This document shows, piece by piece, positions 56,594 to 64,000 of a stretch of DNA of 64,000 nucleotides. Made by a program: the position numbers and the translations under genes. How positions within the stretch are numbered: the first letter of the stretch is position 1; every line of letters begins with the position of its first letter. The notes below the pieces were generated by a model, which saw only the letters and a list, made by a program, of their open reading frames with translations, was not told where the DNA came from and did not search any database. This DNA comes from Candidatus Alkanophaga liquidiphilum (lineage in GTDB: Archaea; Halobacteriota; Syntropharchaeia; Alkanophagales; B39-G2): contig JAPHEF010000001.1 of assembly GCA_029259535.1 (NCBI GenBank), forward strand, positions 21,399 through 85,398, in the 5' to 3' direction.

Positions 56594-57535
56594 ATGAATA
56601 AGTTAATAACCGATATTGGCAACAGTATTGAAGCTGCTACGAGATTCGTTAAAGGCTATATAATATCTATAGGCTCTGTCACCAATATTTTCAGTGCTAT
56701 AGAAAACAACATACAAACGGTTGACGACATCGCTGAGGAATATGGCTATAGGAACAAGAGGCTCCTAAAGTTGTATTTGGATATTTTGTGCTCGTATTCC
56801 ATATTGAAAAAGGAAAATTCGAAATACTTCTTGGTCGATGGTGTGAATATAAGATTGGAGAAGCGAGATTTCATGCTCGATAAGATGAAAGAAGATCTCA
56901 TAAGCTTTTTTATGTCTTTGATAAACGTTTTTCCCCATCTGCTCATCGACCCGAACAACCCACTTGCCACCACCGACTTCGAAAGAGATGCTAATATCTG
57001 GAGCATTTGGTTGGAAAATGATTGGTTCAAGTCAGTAAGGTGGGCTATAACAGAAATAGGAAGAATAGGCAAGAGAGATTACATCTTGGACATGGGCAGC
57101 GGCTCCGTTTCCCCGCTATACTTTGCAGAAATCGTTGGTGAGAATGGGAGGGTTACAGGGCTGGACAAGTCCAAAAAAATGGTGGAAATCGCAAGGACGA
57201 AGATAGAAAACCGGGGGTATTCATGGGTCGAGATGGAGCACTGCGATATCGAAAACGATGTGGGGTTGGACGAAGAATACGACATCGTTATTCTTTCGAT
57301 GGTATTAGAATACGTGCATAATATGGAAAAAGTTATCGAAAATGCATACAACGCCCTGAAGGACGGCGGTAGGCTGATAATATTTAAAATGCCAGACAAT
57401 CCCATCATAAATTTTACAGAAGCACTAATACCGCAATTTGTTAAGCTGCGGACCACGAGAGAGATAAAAGAAGTTTTGACAAAAGTCATAGTCAAAGAGT
57501 ATGGAGACCTACTTATAGTTGCTCATAAGTATTAA
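56594..57535 (+). CDS. Class I SAM-dependent methyltransferase with N-terminal winged-helix/dimerisation domain (O-methyltransferase-like)
   Basis: Motif I is ILDMGSGSVSPL, with an acidic residue after beta2 (VTGLD) and motif IV (DIVILSMV). The N-terminal ~170 aa are a helical/wHTH domain. GC is ~38%. Confidence 0.7.
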   Translation: MNKLITDIGNSIEAATRFVKGYIISIGSVTNIFSAIENNIQTVDDIAEEYGYRNKRLLKLYLDILCSYSILKKENSKYFLVDGVNIRLEKRDFMLDKMKEDLISFFMSLINVFPHLLIDPNNPLATTDFERDANIWSIWLENDWFKSVRWAITEIGRIGKRDYILDMGSGSVSPLYFAEIVGENGRVTGLDKSKKMVEIARTKIENRGYSWVEMEHCDIENDVGLDEEYDIVILSMVLEYVHNMEKVIENAYNALKDGGRLIIFKMPDNPIINFTEALIPQFVKLRTTREIKEVLTKVIVKEYGDLLIVAHKY

Positions 57536-57621
57536 TAATTTATGTATATACAACATGCATATACGCCTACATATTCACTTATACATCTCGTTTTATCAGA
57601 TACAGCCCTCTAAGAGCGTTT

Positions 57622-58209
57622 GTGATAGGGCTTGGGCTGTTGAATACACCACAGCATTACACTGTTATTACTTTTGCAGCTATTGGTGCAGGACTTAAAT
57701 TCATAGACGATACTTTCGATGAAAACGTTTTTGACAAGAGGTTTGCGGGCGTCGTTGCTCCTGCGCTGGTAATAATGGCGTTAATCATGTCCGCAAACGA
57801 TACGGCAGCTGCGACCCTCCTACTTTCAATACTTCTAGCGGTTATTTTTGCGGGCAAGGTCGATAATTTGGTATTCAAGGTTAATGCTTTTGTTTTTTTG
57901 GTGTTGTTCTGCGTCACTGCCTCTTTTAACCTACTATGGTTTCATTTAGCTATTTTAACCGCCGCAGGCATCATTGATGAAAGAGGCAATGATTATATTG
58001 ATTCCCAACATGATACGTCCAAATTTTTGAGGGCATTCTTTGCTCATAGGTGCATGATGAAGGTCAGCATGCTGCTTTTATGCGCTTTTTCACCGCTTTC
58101 GTGGCTTTATTTCTTTGCACTTTTAGCTTTTGACGCGGCTTATGATTCTGTGAAATGGCTTTCTGACTGTAAAAAGGAGAGAAAAGGCGTTACAGCTACG
58201 GAGTCTTGA
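57622..58209 (+). CDS. Hypothetical polytopic membrane protein
   Basis: There are 5-6 TM helices and no recognisable domain. It lies in the low-GC island and ends 6 nt from the tRNA-Ala 3' end. Confidence 0.4.
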   Translation: MIGLGLLNTPQHYTVITFAAIGAGLKFIDDTFDENVFDKRFAGVVAPALVIMALIMSANDTAAATLLLSILLAVIFAGKVDNLVFKVNAFVFLVLFCVTASFNLLWFHLAILTAAGIIDERGNDYIDSQHDTSKFLRAFFAHRCMMKVSMLLLCAFSPLSWLYFFALLAFDAAYDSVKWLSDCKKERKGVTATES

Positions 58210-58214
58210 ATCTA

Positions 58215-58286
58215 TGGACCGGTCGGGATTTGAACCCGAGGCCTCTCGCACGCCAAGCGAGCGATCTTCCGCTGATCTACCGGCCC
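58215..58286 (-). tRNA. tRNA-Ala (anticodon GGC)
   Basis: The minus-strand sequence is GGGCCGGTAGATCAGCGGAAGATCGCTCGCTTGGCGTGCGAGAGGCCTCGGGTTCAAATCCCGACCGGTCCA. It folds as a cloverleaf with 7-bp acceptor, D and T arms (GGTTCAAATCC). The anticodon loop is TTGGCGT and the G3:U70 Ala identity pair is present. CCA is not encoded. Confidence 0.85.
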
Positions 58287-58451
58287 GTGTGGGCGTTATC
58301 AATCACACTTCGCCGCTTATCGTTTAAAAATTTAACGATTGCAAAAAGTATTTGTCCGACATCCGACCCAAATACGACGAAGGCAAATTCTCTTTTCCTT
58401 TCTTAAACAAGTTTTTATAGGGTCTGAGCGTCTTTTATACTGGGGTTGTGA

Positions 58452-59504
58452 ATGCCAGAGGAGATGAGTCATAGGGAGAGGTTGTTTGCGGCGTTCGAGC
58501 GGAGTTCTTATGACCGGGCGCCGTGTCCGGGGATTACGCAGACCGGGACGGTCGAGCTGATGGAGGCGAGCGGCGCTTTCTTCCCGGAGGTGCATTGGGA
58601 CGCTGAGAAGATGGCGAAGCTGGCGTGGGCGGCTTTCGAACATGCCGGACTCGAAGGCATCCGTGTCCCGTTCATCATTTACACCGAAGCGCTCGCCGTC
58701 GGCACTGAGCTTTTCAAATGGGAGAAGGACAACATGCCGATGGTGAAAAAATACCCATTCAGTAGCGTCGAGGAGGCTGCCGAGAAGTTAGAAGTCCCGA
58801 ATCCGAGAGAAGCTGAGAGCATGCGGGTTGTGCTGGACGCCATCGAGCTCTTAAAGCCAAAATGCGATGCTGAGAAGCTACCGCTGACCGGGCACGCCGT
58901 TGGCGCATTCCTCTTAGCCTTTGGCGTCGTGGATTTCATGAACGCCATGATAGCATTCAAGAAGAGCCCTGAAAGCTTTAGGGAAATCTGGGAGAAGACA
59001 AAAGAGCTTGTAATAACGTGGTCGGAGGCAATGATTGACGCCGGCGCCGACGTCATTTTTTACAACTGCGCAGCGCTCGGCAACTTCAGACCCGACGACT
59101 ACGAAAAACACGGGTTTTCTATTGACCGGGAGTGCATACGGAAAATAAAGGAAAAGGGGGCTTATGTGCTGGTCCACGTCTGTTCGGACATAAGGCCGGT
59201 GCTGGACCACGTGGTGAAGTTAGGGGCGGATGCTATTTCCGTGTCGGAAGTGGTGAAGATGGAGGATATTAGGAAGCGGGTCGGCGACGACGTCACGCTG
59301 ATGGGGAACGTGAACCAAGTATTCACGCTGATAAAGAGGGGGCCTGAGGAGGTCATGGCGGAGGCGAAGGCGTGTATAGAGGCGGGGACGGACATTCTGG
59401 CGCCGGGGTGCGGTTTCGGGACGAAGACGCCGCTCGCAAACATGCGTGCGATGGTGGATGCGGCTAAGAAATATGGGCACCTCGCCAGACTCGCTGGGAA
59501 ATAA
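58452..59504 (+). CDS. MtaA/MtbA-like methylcobamide methyltransferase (MT2; uroporphyrinogen-decarboxylase fold, Zn-dependent), paralog 1
   Basis: The 350 aa protein has URO-D-like N-terminal RERLFAA...RAPCPGITQTGTVELMEA. Zn-ligand contexts are VHVCSD (H-x-C) and APGCGFG. Confidence 0.75.
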   Translation: MPEEMSHRERLFAAFERSSYDRAPCPGITQTGTVELMEASGAFFPEVHWDAEKMAKLAWAAFEHAGLEGIRVPFIIYTEALAVGTELFKWEKDNMPMVKKYPFSSVEEAAEKLEVPNPREAESMRVVLDAIELLKPKCDAEKLPLTGHAVGAFLLAFGVVDFMNAMIAFKKSPESFREIWEKTKELVITWSEAMIDAGADVIFYNCAALGNFRPDDYEKHGFSIDRECIRKIKEKGAYVLVHVCSDIRPVLDHVVKLGADAISVSEVVKMEDIRKRVGDDVTLMGNVNQVFTLIKRGPEEVMAEAKACIEAGTDILAPGCGFGTKTPLANMRAMVDAAKKYGHLARLAGK

Positions 59505-59546
59505 TGCGGAAGAATTAAAACAGCGTCAGAATAAACAGGTGGTTGT

Positions 59547-60605
59547 ATGCCAGAGGAGATGAGTCATAGGGAGAGGTTGTTTGCGGCGTTCGAGCGGAGT
59601 TCTTATGACCGGGCGCCGTGTCCGGGGATTACGCAGACCGGGACGGTCGAGCTGATGGAGGCGAGCGGCGCTTTCTTCCCGGAGGTGCATTGGGACGCTG
59701 AGAAGATGGCGAGGCTGGCGTGGGCGGCTTTCGAACATGCCGGACTCGAAGGCGTCCGTGTCCCGTTCATCATTTACACCGAAGCGCTCGCCGTCGGTGT
59801 CGAGCTTGAGAAGTGGGCGAAGGACAACATGCCGATGGTCAAGAAGTTCGCGTTCGACAGTGTTGAGGAAATAGCCGAGAGGATGGAGATACCAGACCCG
59901 CAGACGGCGCCAAGCATGAAAGTCGTGCTGGATGCCATTAAGATTTTAAAGCCGAAGTGCGACGATGCGAAGCTTCCGATAACCTGCCACGTCGGCAGTG
60001 CGTTCGTTGGCGCCTTCCTCGGCATCGTGGACATGATGAAAGCCATGATAACATTCAAGAAGAACCCTGAGGTCTTCGGCGGCGTCTTCGAGAAGACGAA
60101 GCAATTGGCACTGACGTGGGCGGAAGCCGCTATCGAGGCGGGGAGCGATGTTATTTTCTACAACTGTGCTCCGCTTGGCAACTTTAGACCCACCGACTAT
60201 GAGAAATATGGGCTTCCTGTGGACAAGGAGTGCGTAAAGAAAATAAAGGACATGGGCGCCTACGTCGTCGTGCACGTCTGTTCGGACATAAGGCCGGTGC
60301 TGGACCACGTGGTGAAGTTAGGGGCGGATGCCATTTCCGTGTCGGAAGTGGTGAAGATGGAAGATATTAGGAAGCGGGTCGGCGACGACGTCACGCTGAT
60401 GGGGAACGTGAACCAAGTATTCACGCTGATAAAGAGGGGGCCTGAGGAGGTCATGGCGGAGGCGAAGGCGTGTATAGAGGCGGGGACGGACATTCTGGCG
60501 CCGGGGTGCGGTTTCGGGACGAAGACGCCGCTCGCAAACATGCGTGCGATGGTCGAGGCGGCTAAGAAATATGGGCACCTCGCCAGACTCGCTTCGGGGG
60601 CGTAA
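59547..60605 (+). CDS. MtaA/MtbA-like methylcobamide methyltransferase (MT2), paralog 2
   Basis: The first ~330 nt and last ~340 nt are near-identical at the DNA level to paralog 1. The central ~380 nt are divergent. Confidence 0.75.
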   Translation: MPEEMSHRERLFAAFERSSYDRAPCPGITQTGTVELMEASGAFFPEVHWDAEKMARLAWAAFEHAGLEGVRVPFIIYTEALAVGVELEKWAKDNMPMVKKFAFDSVEEIAERMEIPDPQTAPSMKVVLDAIKILKPKCDDAKLPITCHVGSAFVGAFLGIVDMMKAMITFKKNPEVFGGVFEKTKQLALTWAEAAIEAGSDVIFYNCAPLGNFRPTDYEKYGLPVDKECVKKIKDMGAYVVVHVCSDIRPVLDHVVKLGADAISVSEVVKMEDIRKRVGDDVTLMGNVNQVFTLIKRGPEEVMAEAKACIEAGTDILAPGCGFGTKTPLANMRAMVEAAKKYGHLARLASGA

Positions 60606-60607
60606 AA

Positions 60608-61663
60608 ATGGGAGATGAGATGAATTATAGGGAGCGGCTATTTGCCGCTTTAGACCAGAATCCGGTGGACCGGGCGCCGTGTCCGGGGATTACGCAGACC
60701 GGGACGGTCGAGCTGATGGAGGCGAGCGGCGCCTTCTTCCCGGAGGCGCATAAGGACGCTGAGAAGATGGCGAAGTTGGCGTGGGCGGCTTTCGAACATG
60801 CCGGACTCGAAGGCATCAGAATTCCTTTTATTGTTTATACCGAGGCGAGTGCGCTTGGCACAAGGCTTTACAAGTGGAAGAAAGACACGCAGCCCATGGT
60901 TGAAGAAGTTCCAATAAAGAGCCCAGAGGACATAGACAAGCTGGAAATTCCAGACCCGAGAGATGCGGAGTTGCCGTCTGTGGTGTTAAAGGCGATTGAG
61001 ATTTTGAAGCCGAAGTGCAACGCCGCAAAGCTGCCGCTGACTGTCATGGTGATAGCGCCGGCGACGATGTCGCTCGGTGGTGCTTTGGTTGACATAATGA
61101 AGGTGATGATGTGGGTGAAGACGAACATAGATGACACGGTGAAGCTTGCCAAAAAAGTAAGCGAGATGAGTCTCGCATTCGCTGAGGCAGTCGTGGACGC
61201 CGGCGCCGACGTCATCTTCTACAACGTTGGCATTTCCAGCAGGGTGAAAGAGTATCCTGAGGTCTTCTTCCCCATAGACAAAGAGGTCGCAGGCAAAATA
61301 CGGAAGATGGGCGTTTACATGGTTGCGCACCACTGCTCAGATCCAAGGCGGATAATAAACGAGCTTGCGAGTCTCGGCGCTCACGGATTGTCCATCCCGG
61401 AGCCGCAGATGATTCCCGTGCGGGAGGCACGTGAGCTCGTCGGCGACCGTGTGGCGCTCGTCGGCGGACTGGACCAGTTGCACACCCTGATAAAGAAGAG
61501 CCCAGAGGATGTGATGGAACAAGCAAAGACGGCGATAGAAGAGGGTATAGACGTGCTGGCGCCGGGGTGCGGTTTCGGGACGAAGACGCCGCTCGCAAAC
61601 ATGCGTGCGATGGTGGAGGCGGCTAAGAAATATGGGCACCTCGCCAGACTCGCTAAGAAGTAG
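60608..61663 (+). CDS. MtaA/MtbA-like methylcobamide methyltransferase (MT2), paralog 3 (more divergent)
   Basis: It shares identical ~80-nt (60661-60740) and ~100-nt (61558-61655) terminal blocks with paralogs 1 and 2. HHCSD and APGCGFG zinc contexts are retained. It starts 2 nt after the paralog 2 stop. Confidence 0.75.
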   Translation: MGDEMNYRERLFAALDQNPVDRAPCPGITQTGTVELMEASGAFFPEAHKDAEKMAKLAWAAFEHAGLEGIRIPFIVYTEASALGTRLYKWKKDTQPMVEEVPIKSPEDIDKLEIPDPRDAELPSVVLKAIEILKPKCNAAKLPLTVMVIAPATMSLGGALVDIMKVMMWVKTNIDDTVKLAKKVSEMSLAFAEAVVDAGADVIFYNVGISSRVKEYPEVFFPIDKEVAGKIRKMGVYMVAHHCSDPRRIINELASLGAHGLSIPEPQMIPVREARELVGDRVALVGGLDQLHTLIKKSPEDVMEQAKTAIEEGIDVLAPGCGFGTKTPLANMRAMVEAAKKYGHLARLAKK

Positions 61664-61696
61664 CAGGCATACCGTTGTATTTGGTTCGAACAATGT

Positions 61697-63400
61697 TCAT
61701 CCTACGACAAGGCTTACGAGCTTGAAAGCTTCGACGTCCACGAGCCCCTTGTCCGTGATTTTAAGCTTTGGGATGACGGGGAGTGCGAGGAACGACATCG
61801 TGATGAACGGCGAACGCAGCTTACAACCCAACTTCCTTACACTTTTTTCCAACGCTTCGAGCCTTGAGATAACTTCTTCGAGCGGCTTGTCGCTCATGAG
61901 TCCGGCAATGGGCAACGGGAGCTCCGCGACGATACGGCGGTCGCAGATGACAATCCCGCCGCCGAGCTCCCGAAGGCGGTTGCACGCCAACGCCATATCC
62001 TCGTCATTCGTGCCGACCGTTACGATGTTATGAGAGTCATGGGCTACTGAGGACGCAACTGCGCCCCGCTTCAGCCCGAAGCCGTAAACGAAGCCCAAGC
62101 CGATATTCCCGTCGGTGCGTCCGTGCCGCTCCAGCACCGCAATTTTCAAAACGTCGGCGTCCACATCCACGCCTTCTACCTCTTTGATTATCTCGTCGGT
62201 CAAAATTTCCCCTTCAATAATCCCTATGACCCTAACTTTCCTCCTGCCGTTCAAATCTATGTGGAAGTCCGCAGGCGTCACTTCTTTGATGCGGACAGTT
62301 TTTGTTGCGTGTTCCGGGTATTTAAACATCGTTTTGAAGCTTGCGGGCGAAATCGGTTTCCCGTCAATTATAACCCGCTCAACCTCGAAACGCTCCAAGT
62401 TCCGCAGCAAAACGATATCCGCGACCATGCCCGGCGTCAACGCCCCGATGCCCGGATGAACGTCAAGCCCGAAATAGGCGGCGACGTTAATCGTGCACAT
62501 CTGCACCGCCCGCACAGGGTCAACTCCCTCTTCAATCGCCCTTCGCAGCACGTAATCTAGATAACCTTGCTCCTTCAAGTCCTTAGGCGTGCGGTCGCCA
62601 TCAGTGACGAGCAATAAGTTCCGTCCGTCCTTTTCTCTGAGCAGAGGTGCAATCGATTTGAGATTCCTTGCGGCAGAGCCCTCTCGCACCATCACCCGCA
62701 GCCCAAGACGCAGCTTTTCAAGCGCCTCCTCGTAACTCGTGTTTTCATGGTCAGACCTTATTCCGGCGGCGACGTAAGCGTTCAACTCCTTCCCACTCAG
62801 TAAAGGAGCGTGCCCGTCCACCGGACGCCGAAGCGCACGAGCGGCAGCAATCTTCGCAAGGACACTTTCATCCTTAGAGAGGACGCCGGGGAAATTCATC
62901 ATCTCCGCAACGCCGAGCACCCCCGCTGTCTTGAGGAGCTCTTGAATCTCAGCGACGCCTATTTCCGCACCTGCCGTTTCGAGGGATGTCGCCGGCACGC
63001 AGGACGGCGCCATGCAGAAGACCTTAAGCGGCGTGCGTTTCGCTTCCTCAAGGAGCAGGCGAACGCCTTCTACGCCGAGCACGTTCGCAATCTCGTGCGG
63101 GTCGGCAACAACCGCCGCCGTCCCTCTCGGAACGACGACACGGGCGAACTCGGAGACAGAGAGCATGCTCATCTCAATGTGCGTGTGCCCGTCTATTAAG
63201 CCCGGAACGGCATAAAACCCTCTTGCGTCCATTTCTTCCCTGCCTGAATATTTTCCCAAGCCGGCTATTTTGCCATCGCAAACGGCAATGTCCGCCTCGT
63301 GAATCTCACCACTCATCACGTTGACGACGTTCACGCCCTTTATCACGAGGTCGGCGCTCTCTTCGCCCAGAGCCACGTCTATAAGTTTCATATCAACCAC
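61697..63400 (-). CDS. ade: Adenine deaminase
   Basis: The amidohydrolase metal motif is GLIDGHTHIEMSML. Length of 567 aa and C-terminal domain are typical of Ade. Confidence 0.85.
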   Translation of the reverse strand: MVDMKLIDVALGEESADLVIKGVNVVNVMSGEIHEADIAVCDGKIAGLGKYSGREEMDARGFYAVPGLIDGHTHIEMSMLSVSEFARVVVPRGTAAVVADPHEIANVLGVEGVRLLLEEAKRTPLKVFCMAPSCVPATSLETAGAEIGVAEIQELLKTAGVLGVAEMMNFPGVLSKDESVLAKIAAARALRRPVDGHAPLLSGKELNAYVAAGIRSDHENTSYEEALEKLRLGLRVMVREGSAARNLKSIAPLLREKDGRNLLLVTDGDRTPKDLKEQGYLDYVLRRAIEEGVDPVRAVQMCTINVAAYFGLDVHPGIGALTPGMVADIVLLRNLERFEVERVIIDGKPISPASFKTMFKYPEHATKTVRIKEVTPADFHIDLNGRRKVRVIGIIEGEILTDEIIKEVEGVDVDADVLKIAVLERHGRTDGNIGLGFVYGFGLKRGAVASSVAHDSHNIVTVGTNDEDMALACNRLRELGGGIVICDRRIVAELPLPIAGLMSDKPLEEVISRLEALEKSVRKLGCKLRSPFITMSFLALPVIPKLKITDKGLVDVEAFKLVSLVVG

Positions 63401-63506
63401 TCATAGAAACAAATTCTTTAAATTGCCATAAGTTATTTATACAAAGTATTCCTTAGTTTATACGGGTTAAGATGGAGCGAGAACGCACTCTATGGAGGGA
63501 TGAATT

Positions 63507-63746
63507 TTGAATTCTGTTTTTCATGCAAAAGTAGAAGAGGAAGAAGTAGTAGAGGTTGAGGAGAAGAAGGCTGAGGAGAAGGAATACGAACATACGAAGA
63601 AGGAAGAGCTTGCGGCACTTGCTGCGAGGTTAGAGACGCATAAGAAAAAAGAGAAGGCAGCAGACTTGATAAATAAGCTGAAAGGCAAGAAGAGAGTAAA
63701 CAAAAAAATAATGCCTTACGAGATTTACGCAACGTCTGGCGAATAA
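63507..63746 (+). CDS. Hypothetical Lys/Glu-rich small protein (low-complexity)
   Basis: The 79 aa ORF has KEKE-like composition and lies in an AT-rich stretch. It may be spurious. Confidence 0.2.
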   Translation: MNSVFHAKVEEEEVVEVEEKKAEEKEYEHTKKEELAALAARLETHKKKEKAADLINKLKGKKRVNKKIMPYEIYATSGE

Positions 63747-63786
63747 CGAGCAGATAAGTCAGAGTATATCCCAGTTTCCTTTCAAC

Positions 63787-64000
63787 TTATTCGATGAAGT
63801 ATATTGTTGTGTTTTCTCCCTCCTTTTCAAAAACCTTTATTGGGAAATGTATGTCCCACGAATGAAAATCTATTTCTGGAAGGCTTTTGCGCTCGCCATC
63901 TTCCAGTAAATATATGGGAACATATTTGCCATCGTATTGAGCGCTCCCATGCAACACGCTGCCGTAGATTGTCATGCCGCCTTTGCAGTCTCTAAGGAAA
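63787..64000 (-). CDS. Hypothetical protein, 5'-truncated by window end
   Basis: An open frame runs to the window edge on the minus strand. No recognisable domain was found. Confidence 0.2.
   Translation of the reverse strand, partial: FLRDCKGGMTIYGSVLHGSAQYDGKYVPIYLLEDGERKSLPEIDFHSWDIHFPIKVFEKEGENTTIYFIE

Noticed and set aside
56200-58450. Integrase or att direct repeat flanking the tRNA-linked low-GC island
   Set aside because: Searched by eye for a second copy of the tRNA 3' segment (tggaccggtcgggatttgaacc) and for tyrosine-recombinase motifs; none found. The island is reported as probably eroded.
1-64000. CRISPR arrays / cas genes
   Set aside because: No short direct repeats with regular spacing were seen. 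The only Cas4-like domain is fused to a helicase and has no cas neighbours.

Overview
This is a 64 kb, gene-dense chromosomal segment from an archaeon, roughly 55-60% GC, coding on both strands. The taxon is not assignable with certainty; the gene content suggests a euryarchaeon close to methanogens or Archaeoglobi.

Most of the window is housekeeping or metabolic. It encodes a group II chaperonin (thermosome) and prefoldin beta, an RFC small subunit interrupted by an in-frame intein, a likely ValRS, TmcA, ribosomal protein eS19 with a PDCD5-like protein, and a ThiDN fusion. It also carries RibB with a CTP-type RibK, a sirtuin, a Dph6-like PP-loop ATPase, PyrI, SpeE, ACD alpha and adenine deaminase.

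Metabolic modules include a glycogen cluster (GlgA, an NDP-glucose pyrophosphorylase and a GH15 glucoamylase). There is also a CooS carbon-monoxide dehydrogenase module with a cupin, a thioredoxin-reductase-like flavoprotein and an HTH_10 regulator. Three tandem MtaA/MtbA-like Zn methyltransferases of the uroporphyrinogen decarboxylase (URO-D) fold show mosaic, near-identical ends.

Accessory and unusual content:
- A ~2.2 kb low-GC island (wHTH regulator, O-methyltransferase-like MTase, membrane protein) abuts the 3' end of a tRNA-Ala(GGC) gene.
- A decayed IS200/IS605 TnpB remnant lies at ~41 kb.
- A multiply frameshifted nuclease-like pseudogene remnant lies upstream of speE.
- A ~35-nt intergenic motif recurs four times.
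- A 280-nt ORF-free region with pseudoknot-like complementarity is a possible ncRNA.

Odd single proteins include a fused tandem thymidylate-synthase-fold pseudo-dimer next to a PurM-like gene, an FtsZ paralog with degenerate GTPase loops, a CBS-HPF fusion, and a large Upf1-like helicase fused to a Cas4-type Fe-S nuclease. A ChlI-like AAA+ ATPase with a Cys4 insert and a radical-SAM-like protein with a non-canonical Cys motif are also present.

No CRISPR array and no rRNA were seen.
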